Source of the DNA: Octopus bimaculoides
Lineage: Eukaryota
Reading direction: 5' to 3'
Assembly (NCBI RefSeq): GCF_001194135.2
Contig: NC_068983.1
Coordinates: forward strand, 3,628,387-3,692,386
DNA: 64,000 nucleotides
How positions within the stretch are numbered: the first letter of the stretch is position 1; each line of letters begins with the position of its first letter. Below, one piece after another: positions 10,851 through 23,189 of the stretch. The translations under genes were made by a program, and so were the position numbers. Under the pieces are notes generated by a model that worked only from the letters and a program-made list of their open reading frames with translations, did not search any database and was not told the origin of the DNA.

Positions 10851-13041
10851 AAACAAAAGAATGTCAACTGTAAGCGTGAAACGAATCTGAATGAACAAAA
10901 CAGAAATGATTGGCGACCTAAGCCCGGGTGTACGTAAAGTAATAAACCTTTGATAAATGTATTCTCATGTCCACTAATTTGTTTACGTATAGCTTAATGA
11001 AGTTATAATTATATATAATGTTTCATGTTGAATTAACGGTCATTCAGTCATTATTGTAATAATAAGCACGAGGAAGAAAAATGCTTTCAATTCTGTCCGT
11101 GTACAAGTGGCCCTCAAAAAACTTTCTATAATTAAAATGTGCCGCAATGTAATTCGAGTTGGCCAAGCCTGTAACAGAATATTCACTTTCAAGTGTAAAG
11201 TATTACGTCCTTCACTCTGTGCGTGTGTGCGTATGTGATGCAATCAATCAATCCCTCCATCATCTTCCTGACAATGCACAAACAAACACTCATACATACA
11301 CACACGCACATGCACATACACTGATACACACGTGGTTGAGTATCATCTGGTCGTTTTATTGTTCACATTGTGAATTTCCTTGTTATTCAACAACAAAGGT
11401 AATAATCTATTGGTTAACAATTATCCGTATCAACAAACTCATCGATGGACACACACCTTTTCTGTCACTTCCTCCCCCTCTCTCTCTCTCTCTCTCTCTT
11501 GCACACAAACCAACCTGAGACCACACGTAAGTTCGCTAAGTTAAACTCTATTGTTCTGGAGCTTATGTTACATTTATATAAGCTAACAATGATGAATAAC
11601 TAATGGATACTACATAAAAAGGCCTGCCGCGCGTAGATCAAGCAGTAAAGCGGATACTAGCGTATAGAATAAAATAAATCAAGAATTATTAACTGAAGTA
11701 ACTCATATACTTGAAGGGAAAACACCATTATCTTTATGACTGACGCTACTCAAGAAATGAGCTGAGCAGTGCAGGGACAACTCTGGACATTTTCCTGTCT
11801 TATCAAAACTATTAATGATGGATCATCCGTCTGTTTCAACGATGAGCTGTCCATTGTTTAATTGACTGAGATATCTTCTTAAGTTAACGTAAGCGGCCGA
11901 GTATCCCACAGGCATGTATACGCTTGACGTAATACTCAATGAGATACGTACCAGCCTTTGAATTACAAGTACAATCCATTCGATGGTCTTCTACACAGTT
12001 TCCATCTACCCGCAAAAGTTATTATGGTAAATGGGAGTTGCTCAAAATGCTGCGTTGTGAGACTGAGGTTCACGTTTTAACCATCCGGCAATGATTAGGT
12101 TTTCATGTCTTCATCAAAAAGACAAAAGTTTCACCCAGTTGATTGCAATCTTGGGCGACATTTCGACATCAGTACAGTTTCCAGTTAGGGACACATCAAG
12201 CACTTGCTTGGGGACCCACAGGTTCAGGTGCTAGTTGGTTCAAGTTGCGTGTGAGTGTGTGGGTATATAAATGTGAAGTTTTATAAATATGTATGCGTAT
12301 GTTTGTATGCACGAATAGTAGATATCGTCCTAAAAAAAAAAAACAGCACCCTAACACATTGAAAAGCGAAAGACAAAGAAAAATAGAGGAGATGGTCAGA
12401 ATTGGAATGTCGTTGATCTTAGACTTGCTTGACCAGGGTTGGGTTTCAGGTATGCAGAACAGATGTGTGTCCCTCACAATATTTGAAATACAGATACATG
12501 ATTGTAAGTTTTCAAGATGGCAACAGTGTAGTTGTGTGATAATGACGTTAACTTTGTAATAACGGGATTTCGGGTTCCAGATTAGCTTTGACAACAGATT
12601 CTAGCATAATTGCAGCTCAACCGAAACCTTATCAGTCAAAGTGGAAGAAGTCGTTGTGGATCGGTGATGTGGATTGTATCTACCGCTGAATGGTAAACTT
12701 AATCTATTGCAAGGTTTAAGACATTTAACTGGGCCCCTAGCCGTCTTTAACCAATTCCACGCTGTTATAAGAATTCAAACCAATTCTAAAGTCTGAGGTG
12801 GTGGTGGTGACGATGATGTTGCTGTTTCTGCTACTGTGATCAATTACAGCAGCACGCCACGTCCCACCCCGCTACACCGCACAAGACCCCTAACCCTCTG
12901 TCTCGAGATTGTGAATAGTTGCAAACACAACAACAGCAACAACGACAACAAAAACACCACCAACATCAAAGACAACAACCACCTTGATTCAGTAGCAGAA
13001 ACGGCAGCAACAGAAACAACAACAACAACAACAACTATAAT

Positions 13042-13079
<38 letters not shown>

Positions 13080-13149
13080 TGTCGTCGTCATGGAGTACAG
13101 CTAGATATTTCAATTTTAAAGACAGGTGCCACTACATCTCCCCCCCACC

Positions 13150-13620
13150 GAATCAGTTACCCGGATGAATCCTTTATGTTTGAAATAGCAGCTATCCTCA
13201 TGTATTGTTAAACATTACTAGAGTTGTGTTTTTGAAACACGATGTATTTATTGCAAACTTTATTTCACCCCGATATTTGAAACAGCCACCCGGATTGGAT
13301 GATGATATTTGAAATAAGAGAGAGAGAGCTACCAGAATGTATTGTAAACATTACTACATATCTATATCTAAAACAGCCACCCGGATTAGATGTTTATATA
13401 TAAAATACACCACTCTTGAGAGACTGTAGATACCACTACCTCCTTATGCACCACCCCGCTAGGCCTCTATTTAAAACAGCCACCCTCATCTATTATAAAC
13501 ACTGTTGTATTCATAAAACTGAAACTCAGCCACCCTCAAGGGACAGACAGTAAATAGTATTCCACCCGTTTATTTGGAACACAGCCCCACCCCTGGGAGA
13601 CTATAAACAGCTGTGTGAGA
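13150..13620. repeat. Degenerate tandem array built on an AAACAGCCACCC motif
   Basis: The motif recurs about 5 times at roughly 50-100 bp spacing with similar flanks (atgtattg.aaacattacta). Confidence 0.55.
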
Positions 13621-14267
13621 AAATCGCTCTTCATTTACCCCTCTTCAGTTCATTGCTGTTGTTGCTGTTAAAGATCGAGGTCAGCCCTGAATCGGTACAC
13701 CTATCATCGAATCCAACCGTGACCACCTTTTCTGAGACGCATTTAACGTTGCATTACATAATGTGTCCTGCTCTGTTTTCTTTTTTTCCTTTTTTTTTAA
13801 CGTAGTAAGATGTATTTGAGAAAGATGTGAACTGGCTACTATTTTTAGCTAATCGAGTAACCACAGACAGACTCTCTAGTTAGCTCATACTGCTGCTGTT
13901 GTTGTGATAGTTACTGCTCTTGTTTTGTATTGTTTTGTTCTCGTTGTTTCGATTTACCATTCCACCTCTTCTGCCACTGCCGCCAGAAGAGGAAGGCTGG
14001 GAAGAATTTATTGAATGGAAGTCATTCCAAGAGAAAAGAAGCGTTGGTTTGGATAACAAAGGAGGGAATCTGAGCTGGTGCCAGACTCTATCGACGACTG
14101 CATCAATACGACTTGTCACTGATGCTTATGGATTAGACAAACTTCCTGTTACACACACACACACGCATACACACACACATTCATACATATACACATATAA
14201 ACACATACACGTACACACATAAATACATATACACACACACACATACATAGAAGCACATACACACACG

Positions 14268-14321
<54 letters not shown>

Positions 14322-15018
14322 CACGCATAATACATATATATATATATATATACACACATACCTACACATATACAATTACATACACACACGAGTACAAACA
14401 GAAATATACACAATCGCACACGCACATACATACATATATGCCCACACGTATACACACACATTTGTACACACCTAATTGCATCTAGCATTTAATAAGTTGT
14501 ACCAGCCTTGTATCTGTAATTCGCTATTGTATTTTTCCAAGAGCGGTGCCAGCCTCCTCCTGGTAATTACTGTTGTAGCTGGCACCTACCATTTTCGGCA
14601 TTGGAAGTGTTTGAGCGATTGCATTTGCGATTCCATTTCTTTGGAATTCGGTCAAAAATAACAAGTGTTGAAAAACAGAGGAAGAACAAAGTCTACGCAA
14701 ATTGGAAAAGTCTCTGAGGAAAAAGAAAAGAGAAAGAATTCTTGGCGGGGAAAAAAGGACTAAAATATTATTCAAAAAACGTTTAAACATTGGAATATTA
14801 ATACATCGGATAAGAATTATCACTGAGTATGATAATACAGACTTTATCATCATCGTCATTATTATTGCCAACATCATCATCGTCTTAATCATCATCAATT
14901 ATCTGAAATTGCATTTCTTTATCTGCTGTTTTTCAACGCAGCCTTAAAACGCACTTTAATATACGCGCTTTATTAATGCAACCCCTATCTTTTTACTGTC
15001 GAATACACACACACACAC

Positions 15019-15055
<37 letters not shown>

Positions 15056-15183
15056 CTTAATGCGTTAATCTTCGTCGGGTCTGTTTCTTGATCATCAATT
15101 CTCATTTTCTTGCAGGTTCTGTACAACACTTTAAAGAGTAATATACATACATACATACATATGTGTGTGTATGTATGTATAAA

Positions 15184-15244
<61 letters not shown>

Positions 15245-15574
15245 CACAAGGGATTCAGGTTTTCGGGCAGACAGCTAGGCAAGCAGAGGGTGCTGGTCTT
15301 TCTTCATCTCTTTTTCCATCTCTCATTCCTCAATTTTCGGTCATCAGCTGCTGCAATTTATTCATTTGACATTGTGAAATTGCTTCCGTTTCCCCCACCC
15401 CCCGACTCCTGTTTGTTCCATATTTTTTCCACCCTCCACCCTTTCTGCCCGACTGTATTTCTCTTTCTCAAATACACACACACACACTCTCTCTCTTTGT
15501 ATATATATTCTCTCCTAGACTTCATCTCCATCATAAAATCACAGACAACACCGTATAGAACATGAGAAATAACC

Positions 15575-16405
15575 ATGTCTTTTTGGCAGCCATGTAACAT
15601 ATTGATTTCCACTCTGCGACGTTTTCGTCGCTTCTTCTTCATTCTGGCAGCCTTTGTTGTGATAGCTACAGTAAACCATTTCTATATGCGAACCTCTCCA
15701 CCGTCTTCCATCAAAGAATTCCAACCTCGTGTTACAGCCACAGAGTATCGCCTGCTCTTGACACTCACGCGGATATTTGCCAAAGCAGCCGATACCGAAA
15801 ACTTGGTTTACTTCTTATATGGTGGAAGTTTACTGGGATCGTACCGACATCACGGATTTATACCATGGGACGATGATATCGATGTCATTATGAATTCTTC
15901 ACAAAAGGAAGAAATCCGTCGGGCATTATCAGCCTACGAACCAAAATATAAATTGTACGCACCTCCACATAAACAATGGAAATTCTACCGTGCTGATTCG
16001 GAAGCTTTAAAAGAAAAACCATTCCGTTGGCCCTATATTGATATATTTTTCTTTCAGGAGGATGCAACTCACATCTGGGACGAATTTTTCTGGTATCAGT
16101 TTACTTATGTTTATGATAAAAAAAGAGTGTTTCCTTTGCAGAAACGACCATTTGACAATCTCAGTTTGCCGGCTCCTTGCGACACGGAGTCCTTCCTAGG
16201 GACATATGCCGCCGATATGTGCAGAACTAATGCATTTTCGCACAAAGAGGAACGTTGGTTGTACAGACAAGCGCAGCTGCCTTGTTACCAACTTCGCGAC
16301 AGTTTCCCTCTCGTTCAACGAACGAAAACAGATGATGGATGGACAGAAGTGTTATGGAACGGATCCATTGCCGTTCAATACTTTTATTCCCCGCACGCTT
16401 GTTGA
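15575..16405 (+). CDS. LicD/fukutin-related (FKRP-like) type II membrane phosphotransferase, paralogue 1 (276 aa)
   Basis: Intact ORF. Basic N-terminus plus TM helix (FFFILAAFVVIATV). LicD signature YGGSLLGSYRHHGFIPWDDDIDV and WPYIDIFFF. Candidate splice acceptor cag at 15542-15544. Confidence 0.92.
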   Translation: MSFWQPCNILISTLRRFRRFFFILAAFVVIATVNHFYMRTSPPSSIKEFQPRVTATEYRLLLTLTRIFAKAADTENLVYFLYGGSLLGSYRHHGFIPWDDDIDVIMNSSQKEEIRRALSAYEPKYKLYAPPHKQWKFYRADSEALKEKPFRWPYIDIFFFQEDATHIWDEFFWYQFTYVYDKKRVFPLQKRPFDNLSLPAPCDTESFLGTYAADMCRTNAFSHKEERWLYRQAQLPCYQLRDSFPLVQRTKTDDGWTEVLWNGSIAVQYFYSPHAC

Positions 16406-16407
16406 GG

Positions 16408-16413
16408 AATAAA
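16408..16413 (+). terminator. Candidate polyadenylation signal AATAAA 2 nt after the stop codon
   Basis: TGA GG AATAAA followed by an A-run. Confidence 0.35.
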
Positions 16414-16449
16414 AAAAAACACAAAAACACAGCTATTGCATATTTTTGT

Positions 16450-16678
16450 GCATTATTATTATTATTTACTATTATTATTGTTGTCGTCATCATCATCATC
16501 ATCATCATCATCATTACATTTCAGCAACGTTCTTTTTATTTGTATGCTTTCACAGCACAGCTGGTCCCATTTCTTTCGCACGTCGACTCTGTGCAGTGTT
16601 TCGGTTCAGTTTTATTTAATCTTTTGTATTCAAAGTATCCTAAGTAATATGTATACAGCGTCTTTATTATTATTATTG

Positions 16679-16709
<31 letters not shown>

Positions 16710-16733
16710 CATCATCATCATTTATTATTATCG

Positions 16734-16768
<35 letters not shown>

Positions 16769-16822
16769 ATTATCATCATCACTATCATCATTATTATTAT
16801 TATCATTATTATCGTTATTATC

Positions 16823-16854
<32 letters not shown>

Positions 16855-16967
16855 TATTATTATTATCATCATCATTATCATAATTATTATTATTATTACT
16901 ATTATTATTATTATTATTATTATCATTATTATTATTATTATTATTATCGTCATTATTATTATTATTA

Positions 16968-17016
<49 letters not shown>

Positions 17017-17018
17017 CA
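16450..17018. repeat. Long (ATT)n/(ATC)n compound microsatellite
   Basis: Direct reading. Source of the spurious poly-Ile ORFs. Confidence 0.95.
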
Positions 17019-17026
17019 TTGAAAGC

Positions 17027-17215
17027 GGCAGCGGCGAGCTGACAGAATCGTTAGAAGCATTTCGTCTGCCTCTATGTTCTGAGTTCAAATTCCGCTGAGG
17101 TCGACTTTACCTTTCATCCTTTTGGGGTCGATAAGATAAGTACCAGTTGAATACTGGGGTCAATGTAACCCACTTACCCCAACTCCCTAAATTGTTGGCT
17201 TTGTGTCAAAATTAT
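17027..17215 (+). mobile_element. tRNA-derived SINE, family 1
   Basis: Homologous to 8701-8890. Confidence 0.8.
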
Positions 17216-17589
17216 AATTATTATTAAGTGCCTTGCTGTATTTATTTCTGTCCCATTACATTCTGTTCATTCCCATACGTATCACACAAGTCTTTTTGGG
17301 ATCGATTTAACCAATTGATTTCTCATCGAAACACACCCGTGTTCCCATGTTCGAAAATTATTATTATTATTGCAACACCAGAGAAAATGCCAACTACCTT
17401 TCGTTCGTCCCTACATTCTGCGAAATCAACTTTGTCTTTCATCCTTTCGGGGTCGATAAATTAAATGCCAGCCCAAGCACCGGGGTCGATTACATCGACA
17501 TACCCCCTGCCCCTAAATTTCAGGCTATGTGCCTGTATCAGAAAGAATTATTATTGCTGTTGTTACAGCATCTTTGGTCGGTGGACTCC

Positions 17590-17835
17590 GTTAATGCTCT
17601 TCATCCAGCTTTTAAGGATCCTTCTTCAGAGAAATCATGCAGTTCTTAAGCAACGTTCTTTTTCTTCACATATATACCCTCATCCTTTTCAATCCAGTTT
17701 TACAGCTTGGTCCATATAGTACCCAAGGCTCTATCAATTATGGGTACAAGATCCACCTTACTCAATGACCAAAGTCTTGTTCTTTTTTTTTTATCCCCCA
17801 TTTCAAATCGTCATATCTGCCCTGCTATTCTTCTT
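17590..17835 (-). mobile_element. Second R4/Dong-like RLE C-terminal remnant
   Basis: RYDDLKW...RLWSLSKVDLVPIIDRALGTI...NWIEK...LRTA..RRIL, with stops. Confidence 0.6.
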
Positions 17836-17839
17836 TTCT

Positions 17840-17971
17840 TTCTCATCACCAATATTAAACAAGTTTTACATTATTTACATTGTTTACATTATTTACATTT
17901 GACAGATATTTGTCCTCATCTTTTTTCGTTGTTAACACAACGTTTTGGCTGATATACCCTTCAGGCAGTGA

Positions 17972-18011
<40 letters not shown>

Positions 18012-18130
18012 GTCAAAATTAAAAGAAGAGTGCCACTGTCATCTAGTGAACAATATTTCAACATCTTGTGTCTTCAACAGTTTCAAAAAATAATTTTGTC
18101 AATCTACTTCATTTGGTTAATATATAAAGG

Positions 18131-18194
<64 letters not shown>

Positions 18195-18380
18195 CAACAA
18201 CATCAAAAAATACGTTAGGAATGAGAACCCAGGTTCGAAATTTCCCCAAGACTCTGATGAAGGCTGGAGGGTATATCAGCCGAAACGTGTTAACAACAAA
18301 GAAGATGAGGACAAATATCCATCAAATGTAAATAATGTAAATAATGTACATAATTCCTCATCTCTCAAATATAGAAGTGT
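17840..18380. mobile_element. Inverted pair of Penelope-like terminal repeats around (AAT)n tracts
   Basis: 17840-17975 (-) and 18205-18380 (+) are homologous to 4371-4683. The plus copy has a degenerate hammerhead core (CUGAUGA near 18253). Confidence 0.75.
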
Positions 18381-18572
18381 ATTAAACAAGTTTTATTCCT
18401 CTTTAATCACGACCATTCTATCCAGATTTTGATTTTCAGTTTCATGATCAGATTGAATCATTACTGTTGTTGTTGTTGTTGATATTGCTGTTGTTACTAT
18501 TACTGAAAGAGCAGCACATGCCATCATAGTGACACTGGAGTACAAATATACAAAACCCAATTAATTATTAGG

Positions 18573-18790
18573 CGACGGGCTGGCAAAATCATTAGCATGC
18601 CGGACAAAATGCTAATTGGCATTTCATCCATTGCTATGTTCAGAGTTCAAATTCTACTGAGGTCAATTGTGACTTTCATCCTTTCGGGGTTGATAAATTA
18701 AGTACCAATGAAAGACTAGGGTTGATTACATTGACTCATCCCTACACCTGCACAAACATTTCAGGCCTTGTGCCTAGAGTAGAAAGGATT
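18573..18790 (+). mobile_element. tRNA-derived SINE, family 1
   Basis: Homologous to 8701-8890. Confidence 0.75.
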
Positions 18791-19660
18791 ATTATTATTT
18801 TTGTTGTTCAGTCTAAGCTCACGCTTCCTGCCTCCAAGAAATGCCGAGTCAAATCCAAGTGACCAATAAAACACGAGATATTCATTTCCATGAACTGAAG
18901 AGAGATGGCCAAGCATCTCTGGAAATATTCAGCTTTACTACAATGGTTTGGTCTATTTTGGAAATATCCATGAATTTAGAGGGATTCAATGAAATAACCA
19001 GAGGAGTTTTTTTGAAATAACTGGCCTTCGAAGTCCCATACAGTATGCAGCAGAAAAACCTCCCATATTTTACACAGCCATTGGTGTGGCACTAATAAAG
19101 CCAGGCATGTTATAATGTAATCTCAAGTAGCTAACGTATTCCCATTTGTTTACTCTTGTACTTGTTTCAGACATTTGACTGCAGCCATGCTGGAGCACCA
19201 CCTCTAGTCGAACAAATCGACCCCAGGACTTAGGGTTAGAGTTGACTAAATAAATACCAGTTACGCACTGGGACCGATGTAATCGACTTAATCCCTTTGT
19301 CTGTCCATGCGTGTCCCCACTATGTTTAGCCCCCTGTGGACAATAAAGAAATAAAAATATACATTATGGAATGATAAATACGGTAGTCCATTGCTGGGAT
19401 TTAAGCAACAACAAAAAATTTGCTTTAAATCTTTAACCCTACCCCACATCAAGCATGTGTGTGTGTGTGTGTATGCTTGTTAGTGTGTGTAAGAAAAACA
19501 TTTACTAACAGAAAAGTATGCTATTAAAATCAACTGTCTTTTAAATCACCTTGTGGCCCTAATGAAACTCCTCACACACACACTTAGCAAAGTTTCAGCC
19601 AGTATTGGTCGAGGCCATGGCGAACTTAATAGCATCACCTGGAATACATACACACACACA

Positions 19661-20037
19661 CTCTTTTACTTGTTTCAGTCATTTTGACTGTGGCCATGCT
19701 GGAGCACCGCCTTTAGTCGAACAAATCGACCTCAGGACTTATTCTTTGTAAGCCTAGTACTTATTCTATCAGTCTCTTCTGCCAAACCGCTACGTGACGG
19801 GGACGTAAACACACCAGCATCGGTTGTCAAGCGATGTTGTGGGGACAAACACAGACATATATATATATATATATATATGAAGGGATTCTTTCAGTTTCCG
19901 TCTACCAAATCCACTCACAAGGCTTTGGTGGGCCCGAGGCTATAGTAGAAGACACTTGCCCAAGGTGCCACGCAGTGGGACTTAACCCGGAACCATGTGG
20001 TTGGTAAGCAAGCTACTTACCACACAGCCACCCCTAT
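19661..20037 (-). mobile_element. tRNA-derived SINE, family 2, full length with internal (TA)n
   Basis: Minus head gtggctgtgtggtaagtagc...gggttaagtccc, central ggcaccttgggcaagtgtctt, tail ...actgaaacaagtaaaaga. Confidence 0.85.
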
Positions 20038-20799
20038 ATATATATATACACACATACAAACAGAAAGACAGACAGACAGACAGAAAGGTAGGTGAATAGG
20101 TAGGTAGGTAGGTTGAATGAGAGAGTCTGACAGGAGATTGCTAGATAAATCAATGGATGAGTGAATAGAGTGTGAAGTTTTGTGAAACAGCTGAGAAGCC
20201 GTCCAATGACCTACTAAGGTTGGCAACACACGATTGACGATGGTGATGATGATGATGATGATGACAATTGAATGCTGACAATAGATAAAAGCAATATTAA
20301 AGTTGTTCCAATCTAAGGAAACATCTGCCTGTCCCTGTCCCCTCTAAGCCAGTCATTAATCCTCATAAACATCTACCTAGGTCCCTTCTCTGCACCCCTA
20401 ATTCATCTGCTGTTCACACCCTCTCTTCATTAGTCACCCCAACTACTTACCATCTCATTGTGACTTCATGCTTCAGCTATACAATACACACTGTGTCAGT
20501 GTGTGTGTGTGTAAATGAATATACATCTAAAAGAATAAAAGAAAGAATATATATATATATATATAAACAATATATGAGTATATGCATATATACCAAAGTT
20601 ATCAGTTATATATATATATATATAACTAGTCCATTAGAAAATCTCTGTTCAAGCTAGAAGCAGTATACAAACCAAAAGGCAGTGTTTATCCCCACTTTAA
20701 TGTGGGTGTCCGTTTCAGAGACGACGATACTGCAATTTTAACCCCAGGACAACATCTCCAGCTGGTTTATTCGGTGTGCTTTCCGCACTCAATATTTAT

Positions 20800-21370
20800 T
20801 GCAAGTGGGAGATAATTCCAGCTGTCGTAGCTTTGAGACCACCAGACCACATGATTTCAATCTTGTTAGATCTCTTCAGTGGTGGGCACTCTTTTACCTG
20901 GCATGGCAGGAGTTTAACCTCATTTGCAATACTTCTCCCTGGGACAAACCCAAATTGCATCTCGTCTAAACTAATTCTCTCCCTAATTCATTGGGCTATG
21001 GCTCCCTCCATGACTTTCATCATCTGATCCAACAATTCGATACCTCTGTAATTATTCCTATCTAATGTGTCACCTTTACCTTTGTAGCAGTTGACTAAGG
21101 TGCTGCTACACCAGTCATTGAGTATGACTCCTTCATGTATCACCTGATTGACTATAAGGGTGACTAGACTATAGCCCTCACTGCCAGATATTTTAAGCAT
21201 CTCAGCAGCGATTCCTGATGGGCTAGGGGCTTTCCCTGTCTTCATACCCTTAATTGCGTTATCTGCCAAGGTACTGTCAATTTGGATAGTTGGTCCCTCT
21301 GTTGGGTCGACATTTGGCAGCCTCTCTTTCTCCCATTCATTCTCTTCATAAGGTAGATAAAACACAAGCT
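20800..21370 (-). mobile_element. RTE-clade LINE reverse-transcriptase fragment
   Basis: MKTGKAPSPSGIAAEMLK...DWCSSTLVNCYKGKGD..DRNNYRGIELLD..MKVME...LDEMQFGFVPGRS. Confidence 0.85.
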
Positions 21371-21659
21371 CCAGATGTATATTTACGTGGAGCACAAAAT
21401 ATAGATTATTAAATAAAGAAAACTCAGCTACCTAATTGTGGCCCCTGAGAACCTCCATTCTGGCCGCCACCACTTCAGCTGAGTTGAAAGTAACATTGTA
21501 ATCCCAGAAAATCTACCCATTAACTTAGTAATAGCAGGGACATCACTAATGCTCCTTAGAGTTAGCAACATTAACACTAGTAACTAGAGTGAAGAGAATA
21601 CAATACATCATCCCCTTAACTCTTAAACTACTAGGCACGATTTAAACCTACATTTGGAT

Positions 21660-21915
21660 GGTGCTTTTTACGTGCTACCAGCAGAGGAGCCAGTCAGGCG
21701 GAGGGGGATGGCATCAACCACATTAGGATGGTGCTTTTTACGTGCCACTGGCACGGGAAGCCAGTCAGGCGGCACTGGCAACAACCCATGCATGATATGT
21801 ATAAATATGTAGACATACAGATTGGAGCTTGGTGTAGCCATCTGGTTCACCAGTCCTCAGTCAAATCGTCCAACCCATGCTAGCATGAAAAGCAGACGTT
21901 AAAAGATGATGATGA
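21660..21915 (+). mobile_element. RTE 3'-UTR repeat ending in (GAT)n
   Basis: aacccatgctagcatg...gacgttaaa.gatgatgatgat tail. Further copies near 26500, 27335, 34260, 42000-42430 and 45245. Confidence 0.75.
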
Positions 21916-22434
21916 TACAAGTGTATCTGGGTCCATGTGTTTCTTTTAGTTTCTGCTTCTCCACATACTGTAAGCTACAAGTAATGCAGTTGTTATTTCT
22001 CCTTCTAACACACCATCTACAAGGTTCTCACTGGAGATGTGTGAAATAAGAGATCTTTTACTTGAAAAACAGGTAAAGGTCAACCACAGGAAGGGCCACC
22101 CATTGTAAAACAATACTTTAATAAGGTCTGACTCTCATCTCGCTTGGAAAAACGAACCAAGAAACGAAATACATACACACAAACACGTGTATGCATATTT
22201 CTCTATATGTAAAGATAGTTTTAAGCATGTGTTATTGATTCCTTCTGAAAAAATGAAACCGGCCAACAAATAAATAAATTATTGTACAGGGTGAGTCAAA
22301 AGTTGGCCTACATAAGAACAATTTATTTTTTTAATAAAAAACAGTTTTTTGTGTATGTATGTATATTTATCATATAGTTTGCATTAACACACACACACAC
22401 ACATACACACACATATATATACATGTGTGTGTGA

Positions 22435-22488
<54 letters not shown>

Positions 22489-22566
22489 ATATACAGATGA
22501 TGATGATGACATGAATTTTTAAATACCTATATATATATATCAATGCAAAACTAATATATTTAGTTC

Positions 22567-23095
22567 GGATCTTTTCAATTTGACAGCCAGATTTTTTAAT
22601 TAATTTTCGTTAACGAAACACTTCGAAATTTCGGATACTGGTAGAATGTGTCACATAGAACAGGGTTTACTCTTAACATTTTTGACAAAACTTTATATTT
22701 TAGAAGTTATTTCGTGTTAAAGTTGTCGTATTTGGGTAATTTTAACCAATCAATGATGTGTATTCAGCTGAAGAAAATTACTGCTGCTGTTTGCGAACAA
22801 CTTGCGGGTCCACTCCCCTAACAAAACCTTTCTTTGATAACCAGAGATATTTTTATAGCAGCATAGGTTTGCTGTATCAAGGTTGATTTGAGGCTAAAAT
22901 AACAACAAAATTATTACTGAAACAGACTAATGATGGAGCCTATATGTGGTTGCATAACCTGCTAGAAAAAGTAACCAAACTTTTTTGTGTACAGAATAGG
23001 AAAACCCCTGATACATTCTATCAGTATCCGAAGTTTCAAACTGTTTAGTTTAAAAAAATCAATTAAAAAATCTGGCTGTCAAATTGAAAAGATCC
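22567..23095. mobile_element. MITE with GGATC termini (Merlin-like), 529 bp
   Basis: Perfect 35-bp TIRs (22567-22601 / 23061-23095). TSD TTTAGTTC / TTTAGTTT (7/8 match). Confidence 0.8.
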
Positions 23096-23189
23096 TTTAG
23101 TTTTCATTGAACACTAGTTCAGAATTTGGATGCTAGCATCCCTTGAAGGATTATAGATCCTTGACACATTTATATATATACATACATGT

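Noticed and set aside
15575-16405. Horizontal transfer of bacterial licD
   Set aside because: Type II TM topology, sequons, conserved Cys and candidate spliced 5' UTRs fit a long-resident eukaryotic family. Only a phylogeny could revive the idea.
16403-16419. AATAAA plus A-run after the LicD stop as evidence of retroposition
   Set aside because: The A-run overlaps the signal itself rather than lying 10-30 nt downstream, there is no TSD, and candidate 5' UTR introns exist.
16436-17098. 220-aa and 152-aa hydrophobic ORFs (poly-Ile/Leu)
   Set aside because: Translations of the (ATT)n microsatellite. The same applies to the many HT/CV/YI/RE-repeat ORFs from (CA)n, (TA)n and (GA)n tracts.
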